Assembly: GCA_951406725.2 (NCBI GenBank)
Contig: OX597817.1
Coordinates: 70,370,001-70,434,000, forward strand
From: Octopus vulgaris
Taxonomy: Eukaryota
Reading direction: 5' to 3'
DNA: 64,000 nucleotides
Shown here: positions 1 to 13,490 of the stretch, piece by piece
Layout of the letters: each line of letters opens with the position of its first letter
Numbering within the stretch: position 1 is the first letter of the stretch
The notes under the pieces: model-generated
Database searches by the model: none
Seen by the model: only the letters and a program-made list of their open reading frames with translations
What the model was told of the DNA's origin: nothing
Position numbers and translations under genes: made by a program

Positions 1-362
1 CTGGAGGGCTGCACCAGGCTCCAGTTGTCTACGAATCATCATCATCATCATCAACATCATCATCGCTTAACGTCCACTTTCCATGTTGGCATGGGTTGGA
101 TGATTTGACTGAGGACTGGCGAACCAGATGGCTGCACCAGGCTCCAATCTGATCTCGCAGAGTTTTTACAGCTGGATGCCCTTCCTAACACCAACCACTC
201 TGAGAATGTAGTGAGTGCTTTTACGTGCCACCAGCACGAGGACCAGTCAGGCAGTACTAGCAACAGCCATGCTCAAATGGTGGTTTTTACGTGCCACCTG
301 CACAGGAGCCAGTCCAGCAGCACTGGCAACAACCTCACTTGAATGTTTTTTCACGTGCCAGT
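1..362 (-). mobile_element. 3' UTR fragment(s) of an RTE-type LINE with (GAT)n tail (family C)
   Basis: (CAT)n tail, GGATGCCCTTCCTAAC motif and ~50-bp TTTTACGTGCCACC sub-repeats; the same sequence is joined to an RTE ORF end at 42605-43596. Confidence 0.8.
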
Positions 363-384
363 AATATACATGCATAATATGCAT

Positions 385-447
<63 letters not shown>

Positions 448-1257
448 TGTACACATATATCCTGTGATGACAGTATGTATTAATGTAGAAACTTCAAGAG
501 AATGCAAAATAATTTGTTTTTAACAGTTGAACTCCAAGTAGAAAAGCTGTAAATAATAGCTTGTAAATATAGAGTTAAAATAAAAGCCTTTGGGTAGAAG
601 ACCTCAAAGGCTGTCATGTTTACTGATGTGGGTTTGAGTCACGTGGGCAGTTTTTTGCATTTTTCTATCCAAAGAGTTTTTTAACCCAATATTTACGTGC
701 TATTTATTATTTATAGTTTTTCTACTTGAGTTCAACCATTAAAAATGAATTATTTCAGCATTACCTAGTATGTTCGTTTTCTGTTTTGAGGGCGGCAGTG
801 TTGGTTAGTAGTAGATTTTACTACTATTTCTTGCAGGTTGCGGAACTGTGTCAAGCACCCACACCCCACTCTTTCACTGGCTTCACTGGCTCATAGGGTT
901 AAAAGCGTTTTGAAGACAGACACTTCACAGGCGGTACTCCTTGGTAATAAAATACGTCCAGTTAATTCATAGACTGACTGGGTACTCCGGCACTCCTTCA
1001 ACTCACTCATCTGCATATATGATACAAGCATATCCACATAAACAAATGCATAAAATTACATGCACACATAAATGTAAGACCATGTGTGTAATATATATAT
1101 ATATATATATACTCACACATATATACACATATACATAAATAGATAGATAGGCAGACAAATAGAATGATATACATACATATATATACATACATACACATAA
1201 ATAGGCAGACAGATAGAAAGATATACATATATATATATATATGTATGTATATATGTA

Positions 1258-1297
<40 letters not shown>

Positions 1298-1365
1298 CAT
1301 ACATACACTGATGCATATAAATATATATATACATGCATACATACATACATATACTGATGCATATA

Positions 1366-1399
<34 letters not shown>

Positions 1400-1534
1400 G
1401 TATATCCTCAAAGGTTCACTTCTACAAGCCATCAGTACTTTAAGTAGGGTAGATAAAGAGGAAATCAAGAACACTTTGAAGAGGTGAACCAGAAGAATAA
1501 AAGGAAAAGAGTGAAAGAAAGAAATAGAGGGAGT

Positions 1535-1575
<41 letters not shown>

Positions 1576-2301
1576 TGAGAAAGATGTACTCACTGTGACA
1601 GAGAGAGAAAGGAAGAAAGAGAGGAAAGTTTTAAATGAACAAATGTACTAAGAAGACAGGTTTTCCTCAAACATCAAAATACATTTACATATAGTTGCAC
1701 ACAAACACACACACAGAACCACATATATATATATCAAGACATCTACCCACAACTCACAAACACACACATAAACTATAAATACTTCCACCCATATTTTTCC
1801 TGCTCTCACACTTCTTTGTATGTATGCGCAAGTGTGAGTGTGTGTGCGTGTGTACGCGCATGTTTATGTGACTGTGTTTGTGTGCATAATATATTAGCTT
1901 TTCATTTCAAGTTATACAGCTCTCAATGTTTATAATTCAGGTAGTGTACAGAATTTTACATGGATTTATCTGTTACTCTATGTCTCAAGCACATTGAGCA
2001 CTTTACAAGACTAAATTCATCATATCCTCATATTATTTCCACCTTCCATGCTAACATAGACAGAACAGTTTGACAGGATCCAACAAGCTGGATGACTGCT
2101 TGAAACACCAATGTCTATTTTTGCATGGGGTCTACAAGCTTGATACCCTTCCTAATACCAACTGCTTTACAGAGAGGACTGGCTGCTTTCTCCATGACAC
2201 CAGTACTAGTAATATCACCAAGAAATTTGCAAGACAAAGAAAAAAGGACATCCTCAACTCAGTGAGGTTCTTGTATAGGGATAGGAGACATTATTGCCAA
2301 G

Positions 2302-2532
2302 TGGCGAGCTGGCAGAAATGTTAGCACACCGAGCGAAATGCTTAGCGCTATTTCGTCTGCCGCTATGTTCTTAATTCAAATTCCACCGAGGTCGACTTTG
2401 CCTTTCATCCTTTTGGGGTCAATTAAATAAGTACCAGCTACGCACTGGAGTCATTCAAATTGACTTAATCCATTTGTCTGTCCTTGTTTGTCCTCTCTGT
2501 GTTTAGCCCCTTGTGGGTAGTAAAGAAATAGG
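2302..2532 (+). mobile_element. tRNA-derived SINE, family B (Meta-domain-like centre)
   Basis: GGCGAGCTGGCAGAA head, B-box-like TTCAAATTCC, GCCTTTCATCCTTTTGGGGTC central motif; homologous copies at 20028, 45910 and 50296. Confidence 0.8.
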
Positions 2533-3454
2533 TATTCAGAGGTTAAAAGTATGATAGGTCAGGCACAGGTGACTTCTTGTAGAAGAGATACATTGCTAGC
2601 TCACATTACATAGGAGTATGGAGGAGCAGCTGGAAAGGAGATAAAGATGGTGACAAGGTGCTAGAGTGCACTCTCAAAAGACAAGAAAAAGCAATTATAA
2701 GAGCGAATGCAGAATAAGTGTCAGGGGAAGAAGGGTGGATAAGTACATGGGAATTTGAGAAGAGAGAGACAGGTGGTTAGAGATTGGGCAGTAGTGGTTA
2801 ATGCAGTGAAAAGTATGGTTGATGGTAAATATTAGTGTAAGAAGGTAAAAGCAATAGCTAAGGAAAAAGGAGGTAATAAGTGACAGTACTGGAGGGGTGG
2901 AGAGTAACAATATAACATTTAGATCAGTAAAAAATAAGGGAAAACCTGTAGATAGATTAGAAAATACAGAGATGATGTGCAGGGTGTAAGAATGGAAGGG
3001 GAGAGAAATGGCAGTCAGAGATGCATAGTCGTAGCCATAGCAAGTGGGAGACAAAGAGAGTGTGGGCATTGATAGCCAATGATGAGAGAGATAGCAGATG
3101 TGAGAGAGTATTAAATTGCTATGTTAATCTTCAGGTTCTTTGACTCTTGGTTTTGTTTCTCCACCTGAAATTTCTTTTAATAGATTCAGTTATAAGACCA
3201 ACATCATTGGTATATAGAAGTTCTTAAGAGCAATGGGTTTTAAATTCATCTTATATTTTTTGAAAGACATAAATTTGATATATACTACTTCTGTTTTGGA
3301 TTTAATCAGAATCTGGTGATACACATTGTTTATATTCATACCAACAGTGAACAAATTTCAATTTCAAAGAAATTTCAGCTCAATGTTTACGCCTTATTCT
3401 TCCTTTCATCCTGCAAGAGAATATACATTATGCTCAATATGAATTTCCTTTCTT

Positions 3455-3790
3455 TTGCTACCTGGATGATGAAGTTATTGCATGTGATGTGAGCAAAAAC
3501 ACATGCTGTGTTTAGAAGAAACCTGAAGAGGCACAGAACTGCAGCTGTTGATGTGTCCAGCATCAAGTTCCTACATTCTTGCATACAGTGATGGTGTGTG
3601 TAACCATATTATATCACACTTGCTACAACAGTTTCCTCAGATCCACAGTCAATGCAGCAGTCTATCGGAAATTCTTGAAACACTTTATGAATATGTCAGA
3701 TATCAGATTCTTTGGTGATATGAAATTTCTGTTCTTGTAGAATAAGGCATCTGCACACAAGACCAAAACAATCACTGCTTGCACTACTGA
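3455..3790 (+). mobile_element. Highly decayed Tc1 transposase relic
   Basis: Frame-broken translation KKPEEAQNCSC..SSIKF..FLRSTVNAAVYRKFLKHFM..FFGDMKFLFL*NKASAHKTK resembles the Tc1 catalytic domain up to the QQD-APAH motif. Confidence 0.55.
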
Positions 3791-4276
3791 TCAGCAAGGC
3801 TGCACAGATCCTTGACCATTGGATTAAAGAACATACTTTAAACTGTAAAAGCTGGTGATAGTGTAAACCAGTCAGTAAAATGTGATTTTCCTTCCTTAGT
3901 TAAAACAATGCACTAAAATTTTTTCAGTAAAATTTTTATTACAAAAACTTTTCAACAGAATGTGATTCTTTGTCTTTCCGACCTCTTATTTTTTTTTCTC
4001 GAAACTTACTTTGTGAAAACATACATTAATATCTGTATAATAAAGCTTTTATATGAAAATATTTTTATACCATCATTTTCATATAAATAGATATAATACA
4101 GATATATTCACCTTCAATATTTAATGCATTTTTAACCCTTTCATATTAACTTTCTTACATATACATATACAAATACATACACACATACATCAATATATAA
4201 ATGCATACTTCCACATATATAAACATATATACAAACAGCATCTTATATTAACAAAGACACGCACACACATACATGG

Positions 4277-4435
4277 TGGGCTTCTTTCAGTTTCCTACTA
4301 TCAAAACCTCTCACAAGGCTTTGACCAGCCTGGAGTTATAGTAGAAGACACTTACCCGAGTTGGCATGCAGTGAGTCTGAATATAAAACCATGTGGTTTG
4401 GAAGCAAACATCTAAACTACACTACCATACATGCA
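4277..4435 (-). mobile_element. SINE family A, 5' part
   Basis: Reverse complement of the family A head (CAAGTGTCTTCTACTATAGCC..GCCTTGTGAG..GAAACTGAAAGAAGCCC). Confidence 0.7.
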
Positions 4436-4477
4436 CCCAGAGCTATGTCTATGCCAATCACATGTGTATATGTGTAC

Positions 4478-4534
<57 letters not shown>

Positions 4535-4889
4535 TGTGGGCACATAATGAAAAACAAGATAGAAAGAATAACACTTTATTCTTTTCTACTCAAGGCACAA
4601 GGCCCGAAACTTGAGTATTTTATTAAAACTGTAAAGACTTCATGAACTGTAACTCATGTCTGTCTCGTGATCAGTTAGAAGGAAATCTGAGTAAACAGAT
4701 TGCAAAGTCTCTTTCAGCTTCAATAAAATACTGAGTGTGTACATGTGTGTGTAACACGTATACATGAGCAAGAAAGACAAAGAGGTTGACAGACAGACAG
4801 AATTATCTGTGAGCAAGATTAGAGAAAGCCAAATCGTAGCTGCAGTATTATATTATTTATATTGTAGGTGTATACATATTAATATGGGA

Positions 4890-5108
4890 GCCAACTAGGG
4901 TGCCACTACACATTCGTTTGATCTGCTAAAAATAGCATCCAAATCTTAATCATATCACACCGTGCTATTTCGAAATTGGAACAACATACAGAATTATAAT
5001 GCAAGCGTTGGTATATTGTGCCTAAGAAAAATATGAGATGTCCACAGCTGGAACACCTTTTAATCACAAATCTACTCAATCAAAGTTGATCTGTGACTAA
5101 ACAACAAT
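4890..5108 (+). repeat. Dispersed repeat with (AAC)n tail (family F, probable retroposon 3' end)
   Basis: CTGCTAAAATAGCA..CCAAATC..TTGATCTG..CTAAACAACAA; related segments at ~40880-41070 (-), ~48510-48570 and ~62230-62430 (-). Confidence 0.5.
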
Positions 5109-5939
5109 TTTTTAGTGGTATTACTATTGAACACACACACACACATGGTAGAAATTGAATAATAATACATTGACAACTTAATATCTTGCAATTCCCTTCC
5201 CCCCACTGTGCAGTGTTTTTTTTTTTTTCGTGATGATAGTTTTCATTCACAAACAGCACTTCAGATCAAAGGAATATCACCAACCCACTTCACCCTTCAT
5301 AGAAAGTTTTCATTATACCACAAATAATAAGGTAAACTAAGAAGAAGAAAGAAAAGCAAAAAAAGAATTAATAGTAGTAATAGTTTTATGCATGCAGACA
5401 CGATAAAAATATATTCACAACCTTAGTATATTACAATTCCTCCATCAAGCATTGCCCTACGTGGGTAGTCTTGATGGTGCTTTCCATTTGAAAATAGCCA
5501 TTTCAAATCAAAAGAATGCAAATGTAAATACAAAAATAAGTAAAAGGAGCTCCTTATAATACAACAGCAATATAAAAAAAAATCTAAGGAAATAACTAAC
5601 TGCAAGCTTATTGCATTTGAAGGTTTACACTATGTTTTATAAATAGCTTTTTTGTCTTTTTGTTTTTTGTCTTGCTTTGGTTTTTATTTTGCTTTTTTCT
5701 GGTTTTCATCACTGGGCTGTGACCACATTGGTGGAGGGGAAGATGTGCTACATTCTGAGGTATAGTTGATTACATCGACCTCTCAGCATTAATTTTATTG
5801 ACTAGCGCTTATTTTATTGACCTCAGAAGGATGAAACGTAACGTGGATCTGGAATGCATTTGAAGTTAAGAGTAGAAAAAGGACATATGTAGATAAGAAC
5901 TGTATGTATTGCATAACATACACTCACACACATACACAC

Positions 5940-6380
5940 ACAGGTATGGTTATATGGTTAAGAAAGCTTTTATTACAACCACGTGGTTTCAGGTTCAGTC
6001 CCACAGCATGGCACCTTGAGCAAGTGTCTTCTACTATCAACCTGGCCCAACCAATGACTTGAGAGAATCTAGTAGATAAAAACTGTATGGAAGCCAGTTG
6101 TGTGTGTGCGTGCGTGTGTGTGTGTGTGTGTGTGTGCGTGTGTGTGTGTGTGCTTGCGGAGGTGTGAATGTCTGTGTTTGCATTTGTTCACTGCTGTTGC
6201 TTGACAACTAGTATTCGTTTGTTTCCATCCCCCATAACTTAGCAGTTTGGTTAAAGGGATTGATAGAAAAGATACCAAACTTAAAAGTAAGTACTGGAGT
6301 CAATTTATTTGTCTAAACACTCTGAGGCAGTACTTTTGCATGGCCACAGCCCAATGACTGAAGCATGTAAAACACAAAAC
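5940..6380 (+). mobile_element. tRNA-derived SINE family A, full length (CORE-like centre, internal (TG)n)
   Basis: A/B-box-like head TGGTTAAGAA..GGTTCAGTCCC, CCTTGAGCAAGTGTCTTCTAC, 3' CATGGCCACAG..ATGACTGAA; the most abundant repeat in the window. Confidence 0.85.
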
Positions 6381-6414
6381 ATATAATATTTCTATAACAT
6401 GTTACAGAAATATA

Positions 6415-6761
6415 AAAGTAAAGTAAAAGACCTCCTTCAATCATGAATGACCAAGGGATTGCACCTAGAAAGTTTCCCACTGAGGCAAAAGACTGGAGAA
6501 GGTTGTTTATGGAAGACCAGCAGTCACCAATGCATACCACTCTCCCTTCTCCATGCCGCCACTGTTATCCAAGAGAAATGCAAAGGCCAATACAGCTTGG
6601 CACCAGTGATGTCGCAATTCATTTCTACAGCTGAATGAACAGGAGTAACATGAAATAAAGTGGCTTGCTCAAGAACACAACACAGAGCCCAGTCCAGGAA
6701 TCAAACTTACTCCCTCATGATTATGAGCCCAACGTTCTAAACACTGACACATGCACCTTCA
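6415..6761 (-). mobile_element. tRNA-derived SINE family E
   Basis: Minus-strand tRNA-like head plus TTGAGCAAG..CAGCTGTAGAAATGA central domain; copies at 19873-20457 and 56870-57180. Confidence 0.8.
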
Positions 6762-7532
6762 TTACAGAAATATAACATACATTTTATATATATTGAAATG
6801 ACAACAGTATAGAAGAATAATAATTGCTATTTAAAACACATATATGTCATTATATCATTTTTGCTTTATTACTTGTAAGTACTGAACATTTTAAAGCAAT
6901 GGACCTTAAACATGTATGATTGTTCAAAAACTGTGTAACCCATATTTATACATAATGGAGAACTTTCATCATTCAAATATTAAAGATTAAATGAAACAAA
7001 AATAGTTTTTGAGAGGGAATTCCATTTACTATTTCATTTAATGCTTATTTTTCCATACTAGCAAGGGTTAGAGGGGAGGTAATCAAGGCGGGGTTTTTAC
7101 AGTTGGATACTCTTCTAGCTATCAACCTTAGTTTTTCAAGTAAGGGAAATTAATTACAGAGAAAGTCAAAAGTGCAGAGCTAGCAAACATTATGTTAATA
7201 GGAAATTGTAATAAGCACAGGTATCTATGGCATAGGTCACTGCAGATTGTATACATTCACACGTGCATGCACACACATAACTGTCTTTCAGTTTCCCCTC
7301 TACGAATTCCTTCAAAGCACATCGGTCAACCTGAGGCTAGAGTAGAAGACAAAATGACACACAGTGGACTGACCCCGAAGCCACATAGCTGAGAAGCATG
7401 ACTGTACTGTTACTTATATTAAGAAAACAAAAGATAAAATACAGTGAATACCACCTTTTTTCATTGAATTTAATTTCTATCAAATTTAATTAAAAGACAT
7501 CTTTCCTTATGGAACTCTGGGGATTTTCCTAG

Positions 7533-7893
7533 TCTTCTTCTTGTCTTGAGACAGCATTCACCCGGGGTGGGTTCAGCTGGCTTCATACATCCTCAATGCT
7601 GCATCTCTCACAAATGCCGACCAGACCTGACGATTTGAGGCTAATGACTGCATGATCTCCAACCACTCCTTATTCCAGCGGCGAACGCCATAGATATGGG
7701 GCCCTAGGTTGGGTTCCAGATCAGCCTTGACTGTCATCAGCCAGGTTTTTCATTGTCCACCACATCGCTTTCGCCAACCCTGAAAGGGAGCTGGGGCAAT
7801 TGCTTTGTAGATGAATTCTCCTGGTTGACGACGGAGGGCACGACCCAGCCAATGCAGACGTCTCATTAGGATGACTTGTCAGAGGGACAAGTC
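7533..7893 (-). mobile_element. 5'-truncated RTE-clade LINE with 10-bp TSD
   Basis: Translates QVILMRRLHWLGRALRRQPGEFIYKAIAPAPFQGWRKRCGGQ*KTWLMTVKADLEP..ASNRQVWSAFVRDAA; tail CAAGACAAGAAGAAGA; TSD ATTTTCCTAG at 7523-7532 and 7894-7903. Confidence 0.85.
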
Positions 7894-8287
7894 ATTTTCC
7901 TAGAGACCACTTTGAAAAGCATTGTCTTCATGTCTTAAAGCTTTTCTTGCATATTATGTCAATAACCATAGAGATGCAACAAAACCAAGTGAACCAATCA
8001 TTATTGGTATAAATGTGAATTTGTAATATGGGTATAGAAGCTGAAAGTTTTTGAAGCAGTTGTGCATTGCCATCCTCTTTCTCTGAGTTTTGAAGAGACA
8101 GATTTCTTTATTAGCCACGCAGGGAAGACCACAGAGATATTCACATTAGCAGAGCATCCGATTTCTACAACGATATATACATTTTCTTGTGTCCCAAACA
8201 ACATTTGGCCTGGTATGTATGTATGTGCGTGTGTGTGTGTGCATGCATGCATATGTATGTATACATTCTTTTATTTCTTTTATTTTT

Positions 8288-8645
8288 TTATTTCAGTCAT
8301 TTGACTGTGGTCATGCTGGAGCATGGCCTTGAAGAGTTTTAGACAAACAAATTGACCCCAGGACTGCTTCTTTGTAAGCCTAGTACTTATTCTATAAGTC
8401 TCTTATGTCTATAGGGACATAAACAAACCAGCATTGGTTGTCAAGCTACGACAGGGGGACAAATACACACACACACAAAGCATATATGACAGGTTTCTTT
8501 CAGTTTCCATCTACAAAATCCACTCACAAGGCTTTGGTCAGCCTGAGACTATAGTACAAAACACTTGCCCAAGGTGCCACACAGTGGGACTGAACCCAAA
8601 ATCATGTGGTTGGGAAGCAAACTTCTTACCACACAGTCACGCCTG
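8288..8645 (-). mobile_element. SINE family A, full length
   Basis: Reverse-complement match to 5940-6380 and 47545-47920. Confidence 0.85.
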
Positions 8646-8979
8646 CACCAATGCTGAATTTATTTACATGCAATGTACATTTGAGTATAAAACACACTTG
8701 TAATTATAGATAGCGAATTTCGAGGACGAAACCTTTTAAACACTGTTCTCTCTAAGCTGTACATGTGTACATGCACAAGTTTTGCAATTAACATACAAAA
8801 CAAATAGATATGTGTGAAAGAAACGAATGTGTGTAGAAAACATTAATCTGTGCACAAAAGGCTTCTAGCCTAAAGTAACATAATAATTGATAATTAAACT
8901 TATTATGCATTCTGTATGCACATACTATGGTCACAGGAAAAGCAATTGTAAAAAAAATGTGCATTCTAATCAATTTTTC

Positions 8980-9165
8980 ATTCTTTTACTTGTTTCAGTC
9001 ATTTGATTGTGACCATGCTGGAGCACCGTCTTAAAGGGTTTTTAGTCCAAGAAATCAACCCTAGGACTTATTCTTTGTAAGCCTAGTACTTATTCTATTG
9101 AACTCTTGCCAAACTGCTAAGTTACGGGGACATAAACACACCAGCGTCGGTTGTCAAGTGATAGA
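8980..9165 (-). mobile_element. SINE family A, 3' half
   Basis: CTTGTTTCAGTCATTTGA..GCTAAGTTACGGGGACATAAACAC. Confidence 0.8.
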
Positions 9166-9204
9166 CACACATACACAAATACACACACACACACATACAT
9201 ATAC

Positions 9205-9900
9205 ACACAGAGTGCGATGGGTAAATTGTTGCAATTTTATGTTTTTAATTTCACACATTGCGTATTGTTTTTTGATTCTGTTGACTATGCAGTATAGTAG
9301 GGTCAGTTGGGCAGCATCTGTGAGAAAGGCAGCACCATGATACAATTCACTCTGCCAGAAATTTGGAAACTGCATGCTGTAGCTGCTTGGCATTTGTGCT
9401 GGAAGCTCCAATACAAACATTTCAGAGAGTTTGGATGTAAATCTGAGGATACAATAATCTGAGGACATGCACCAAGAATGATAGAAATCAAACATCCAAT
9501 CAATATCATGGTATTTGGAGTGATCTCTAGTAATGGCAACGTTATGCCTCTATTCATCTTCACAAAAGGCCTCAGACTCAACAGAGAGGCCTACATCAAG
9601 TGCCTGGAGGAAGTAATACTACCCTGGGTCAAGAGGATAGCTGCTGGAAGACCCTATGTCTGGCAACAAGACTTTGCACCAAGCTACACAAGCAGGAGAA
9701 CCCAGTCATAACTGTCAGACAATTTCTGCAACCACATCACTCCTAACATTTGGCCACCTAACTCCCCAGACTGCAACCCACTTGAATATTATGTATGGTG
9801 CACAGTTGAACGAGAGACCAACAAAACTCCTTGTAACACCAAAGATGAACTGAAAGCAAGGATTACGGCAACATTTACAAACTTAAACAAGCAGATTGTA
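9205..9900 (+). mobile_element. maT (DD37D)-type Tc1/mariner relic, internally deleted
   Basis: KHPINIMVFGVISSNG..WQQDFAPSYTSRRTQS*LSDNF..WPPNSPDCNPLEYYVW; 37 residues lie between the QQD Asp and the final acidic residue; stop codon present and first catalytic D region missing. Confidence 0.8.
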
Positions 9901-10144
9901 TGGGAAAAGAGTATTTAATCAGATTATTATAATTACTGAACAAAATGCATTGGGAAAAGTTTATGTATTGTATACAAAATAAACATAGATTTGAAATTGT
10001 CATTTTTAACTTAACTAGTTTAGGCCATAAAAGTTCACCTATTCTAAAGACAACAGCATGTAAATCACATGATTACAATTTTGTCCTGAGAAAATTGTAT
10101 CTCCCCATGTTTTATTTATATATAATCCACTTGTATAGTTACAA

Positions 10145-10550
10145 GCAAGGTTGTGTGATGTGAAGTTTTTGCTTTCCAACCACATGGTTCCTACTGTGTA
10201 GTATCTTAGGCACGTGTCTTCTACCATAGCCTTGGCTGGTCAAAACCTTGAGAGTGAATTTGGTAGATGGAAACTAAAAGAAGTCTGTTGTATGTGTGCC
10301 TGTGCATCTATGTGTCTTTTTGTCATGATACCATGTGATAGATGTGAGTGTGTGCCACTGTCATAAAAGCTGTGTCATTCATTTCCAATATTCTGTGAGA
10401 ACATGTCTAGCCACTGAAAAATATTACCTTGCTTGAAAACAGGTGAGGTCTGGCAACAAGAAGGGCATTCAGCCATAACAAAACTCTGCCTCCATAAATT
10501 ACGTCTGACCAATGAAAATATGAAAAAATGGACATCAAAAATGATAATGT
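10145..10550 (+). mobile_element. SINE family A head with an alternative 3' end (GGAAGGGCATCC-type, (GAT)n tail)
   Basis: Family A head 10145-10290, then GGCAACAAGAAGGGCATTCAGCC..ATGATAATG. Confidence 0.65.
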
Positions 10551-10750
10551 ATAATGTACACCACTATTTGGGGGGCAACAAAATGCTAGAAATAATATAT
10601 CTCAAGGATAACATGGATTGGATTTTCTTTACTGTAATTATTAAGGAAATTTGGAATTAAAAATGAAACCACCAAAATGGGAAATATAAGAATTAACTTG
10701 GGTCTCTGGAATTACCAAAATGAACAAGTAAATACTTCAAAACAGGTGAA

Positions 10751-10862
10751 TCATGCAGAATTCTCCTCCTTCACCCCAGAATGGACTTGGGGTTTATAAG
10801 TTTTGAACATCAGAAATTCAATACTACTTCTTATAATACACCTCCATTCATAAATTTCTCTC
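10751..10862 (-). CDS. Candidate exon 3 of a small spliced minus-strand gene (coding part)
   Basis: Acceptor TTTTTAAATTTTCAG|G; open for 36 codons in the phase left by the 14740-14817 exon; no homology recognised. Confidence 0.2.
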
Positions 10863-12071
10863 CTGAAAATTTAAAAATAAATAATCAATTTTTCTGTTTC
10901 ATAACGAGCTATTTTTCATTTTCATAAGAAATGTATTGCTTTCAACAATGCTAGCATAATAAGTTAGCTAAATGTTTTTAATGCTCATGTTCAGAAATTA
11001 AAACAGTATTTTATAACAACAACCTATTTCAAACATTTATTTATTCATTTGTGTTTACATGATAACCAAAATGAATAATAATTAAATGTGTATAAGAAAA
11101 ATGCTGAAATGATTTTTTTTTCAAACACAAACATTTTGCTATGATTCTTTTTTTCTTTTTAAAGCTATCTCTTGATTAATATGTTTTAAACATCAAGCAT
11201 TCAGAATCTAGCAATATAAATCTTTTAATTTAATTTAGAGAACAAAAACTTAATTAACTAAATGTATATTGTTGAATAAATGCTAAGAATCATTTAAACC
11301 ATTTAAAATAAATTGTATGTATATTACATCATTTTAACATTAAACAATAGATGTTGCATATTTATTAAAGCTAACATTAAAATTTGCACTGCTTTTGTGT
11401 TATTTATCTATTATATCAGGTTATTGAAACATCAAAATTTTCAGAAGTATATGGTCTTATGGCAGTAAATATACACAAACTGAGACACATAACAATGTAT
11501 GAATAGATGCAGAGTATGATTTGTCATTTTAGTATTTCTGTTTCAGATTTTCTTTTAACTCTTAGTTTATTTCATGTATTACAAGGATAATAAACAACCT
11601 TATGGGTGCTCTCATGAAATATAATGCCCATTTATTGTTTTAACACTATCATACATAATTTAAGACTTCACTTCCCATCAATTCACTTGGACAATGGTCA
11701 TAATTTATGCTATCGTATATATGGTCAAATAAAAATAGGGAACATTTGGTTTTCATGTAGAATGCAAACCGTAAAATTTTAGGTTTACAAATCTAGAAAA
11801 AAGGTGTGTATTATTAACAAAAAAATACAAAATACATTACAGGACTATATCACCCCTAACTTAGTGTTAAATTTAGGTACAAAATTCTTTCCCTTCATAG
11901 TTTTAGTTTTGCCCCATGTATAATATGCACCTCTGTTTTTTTTTTGGGGGGGGGGGTTCAGTTAAAAGCAAATATAAAATAGTGTAACTTATTCACAAGT
12001 AAACGCAGTATGTTATTCTGACTTCTTATTCCAGGTCCTATTATTTCTATTTGTTTAACTTATTTTAATGC

Positions 12072-12290
12072 TTAACCCTTTAATATTTAAGCCAGCCATA
12101 TCTGGACCAGATATTCTACATGTTTCATGTTCAAACCAGCCAGATTCAGCCTCTCACACATATCCAACAATGTCATTCTGAAAATAAGCATTCACATCAT
12201 CAAAATCCCAAATCTATGAGATAATGCATTACAAACTGGAAACAGTGTGATTCAATAAGCATAACATTAGACTGAGTTAATCTGAGTTAA
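12072..12290. mobile_element. piggyBac-type MITE (family P2)
   Basis: TTAA-CCCTTT start and ends in TTAA; homologous (inverted) to 48972-49203 and ~55225-55443. Confidence 0.65.
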
Positions 12291-12589
12291 TTTTGTACTA
12301 ATCTCTTAATTGATGATATATTGCATTTGATGCAACTCCAACATATACCACTTGAGGTATTATATATAATTACAATGAAATTAATGGCAGAAAGTGCCCA
12401 CTTATATACCTCCATCTATTACAAGCCTACTGACCCCAACTTTTATCTCCACTACCCTTCTCACCTCAAACCCACTTAATCTGTCATACTATTCTCTCAG
12501 TTCTTTTGGTTTCCCCAGCTTTGTAGAATTCATTTGCATTTTGACCCCAAATGTGAAAGAATGCACTGTATCTCTTTGAACTGAAGATG

Positions 12590-13490
12590 CTCTCGATCAA
12601 ATGAGGATCCTGAACTCTGCCAGGCCCAGACCATTGACTGTACCGCCAGTGTCCAACTCTCACCTTATGCATGCCCACACACTGGATTTCATTCTCTCTC
12701 ACCTTTGACTCATCCATCCTGCCATTGAAGCACAAACTCATACACATCTGAACCCTACTTTCTGATCCCACAACTGTCTTGATCTTTCCTGCACCACCTA
12801 TTTTCACCTTCAAAACAGATATGAACCTTAGCAATCTCCTAGTTAGAAGCTCCATAAGACACAGCCATACATAACCACACATACTTTTAAGTGCATTCAT
12901 CAACAATTCAACATCTGCCCTTACTTTAACCCTTTCATTACTGTTTTTATTTTGAGATGCTTTGGGTTTCTTTCAATTACTTTAAATATAACAAAGAATT
13001 TAGTAAAATAACTTTGTTATCATTCAGCTAGTGTTAGGAACATAAATTGCGACTAAGGTTTGGTGGGAGATATTAATTTACAATTTATGAAAACAAGACA
13101 TTTGTACTCAGAGCCAGAGCCAGTTTCAGCTGGGTTGGTAACAAAAGGGTTAATAACACTATAACCATCAACTGGGCCTAAATCACAGTACCACATTACC
13201 CAAACCTTCTACTACACATCTTCCCAATTTGTATATTGCATCACTTGTGAATATCATGGCGCACTTTACATGGGAAAACCAGGCTATCCATTGCCAATCA
13301 CTTTTGGGAACACATTGGAAGTACATTATACCATGTCATGCCAACCGTTACCATCCACCTCAACACAACAAGCCATTCCATTCAGGTTGAACAGTATGTG
13401 GCAACTCTGCACACCAAGACCTGCATACCCAAAGAAATGGAAGAAATATTTTATATTCAAACATAGAACCATGTTATTAACAGGTTGAAC
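12590..13490 (+). mobile_element. Penelope-like element relic (linker plus GIY-YIG endonuclease), split by a MITE
   Basis: SDPTTVLIFPAPPIFTFKTDMNLSNLLVRSS..ICPYF|NNTIT-TGPKSQYHITQTFYYTSSQFVYCITCEYHGALYMGKPG matches the PLE pattern PP..F....NL..LLVRS..C..CP..VY.I.C..C...YIGET. Confidence 0.8.
12926..13153. mobile_element. piggyBac-type MITE (family P1) with TTAA TSD
   Basis: TTAA at 12926-12929 and 13150-13153; TIRs CCCTTTCATTAC vs CCCTTTTGTTAC (10/12); removing it rejoins the PLE reading frame; second copy at 49246-49472. Confidence 0.85.
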
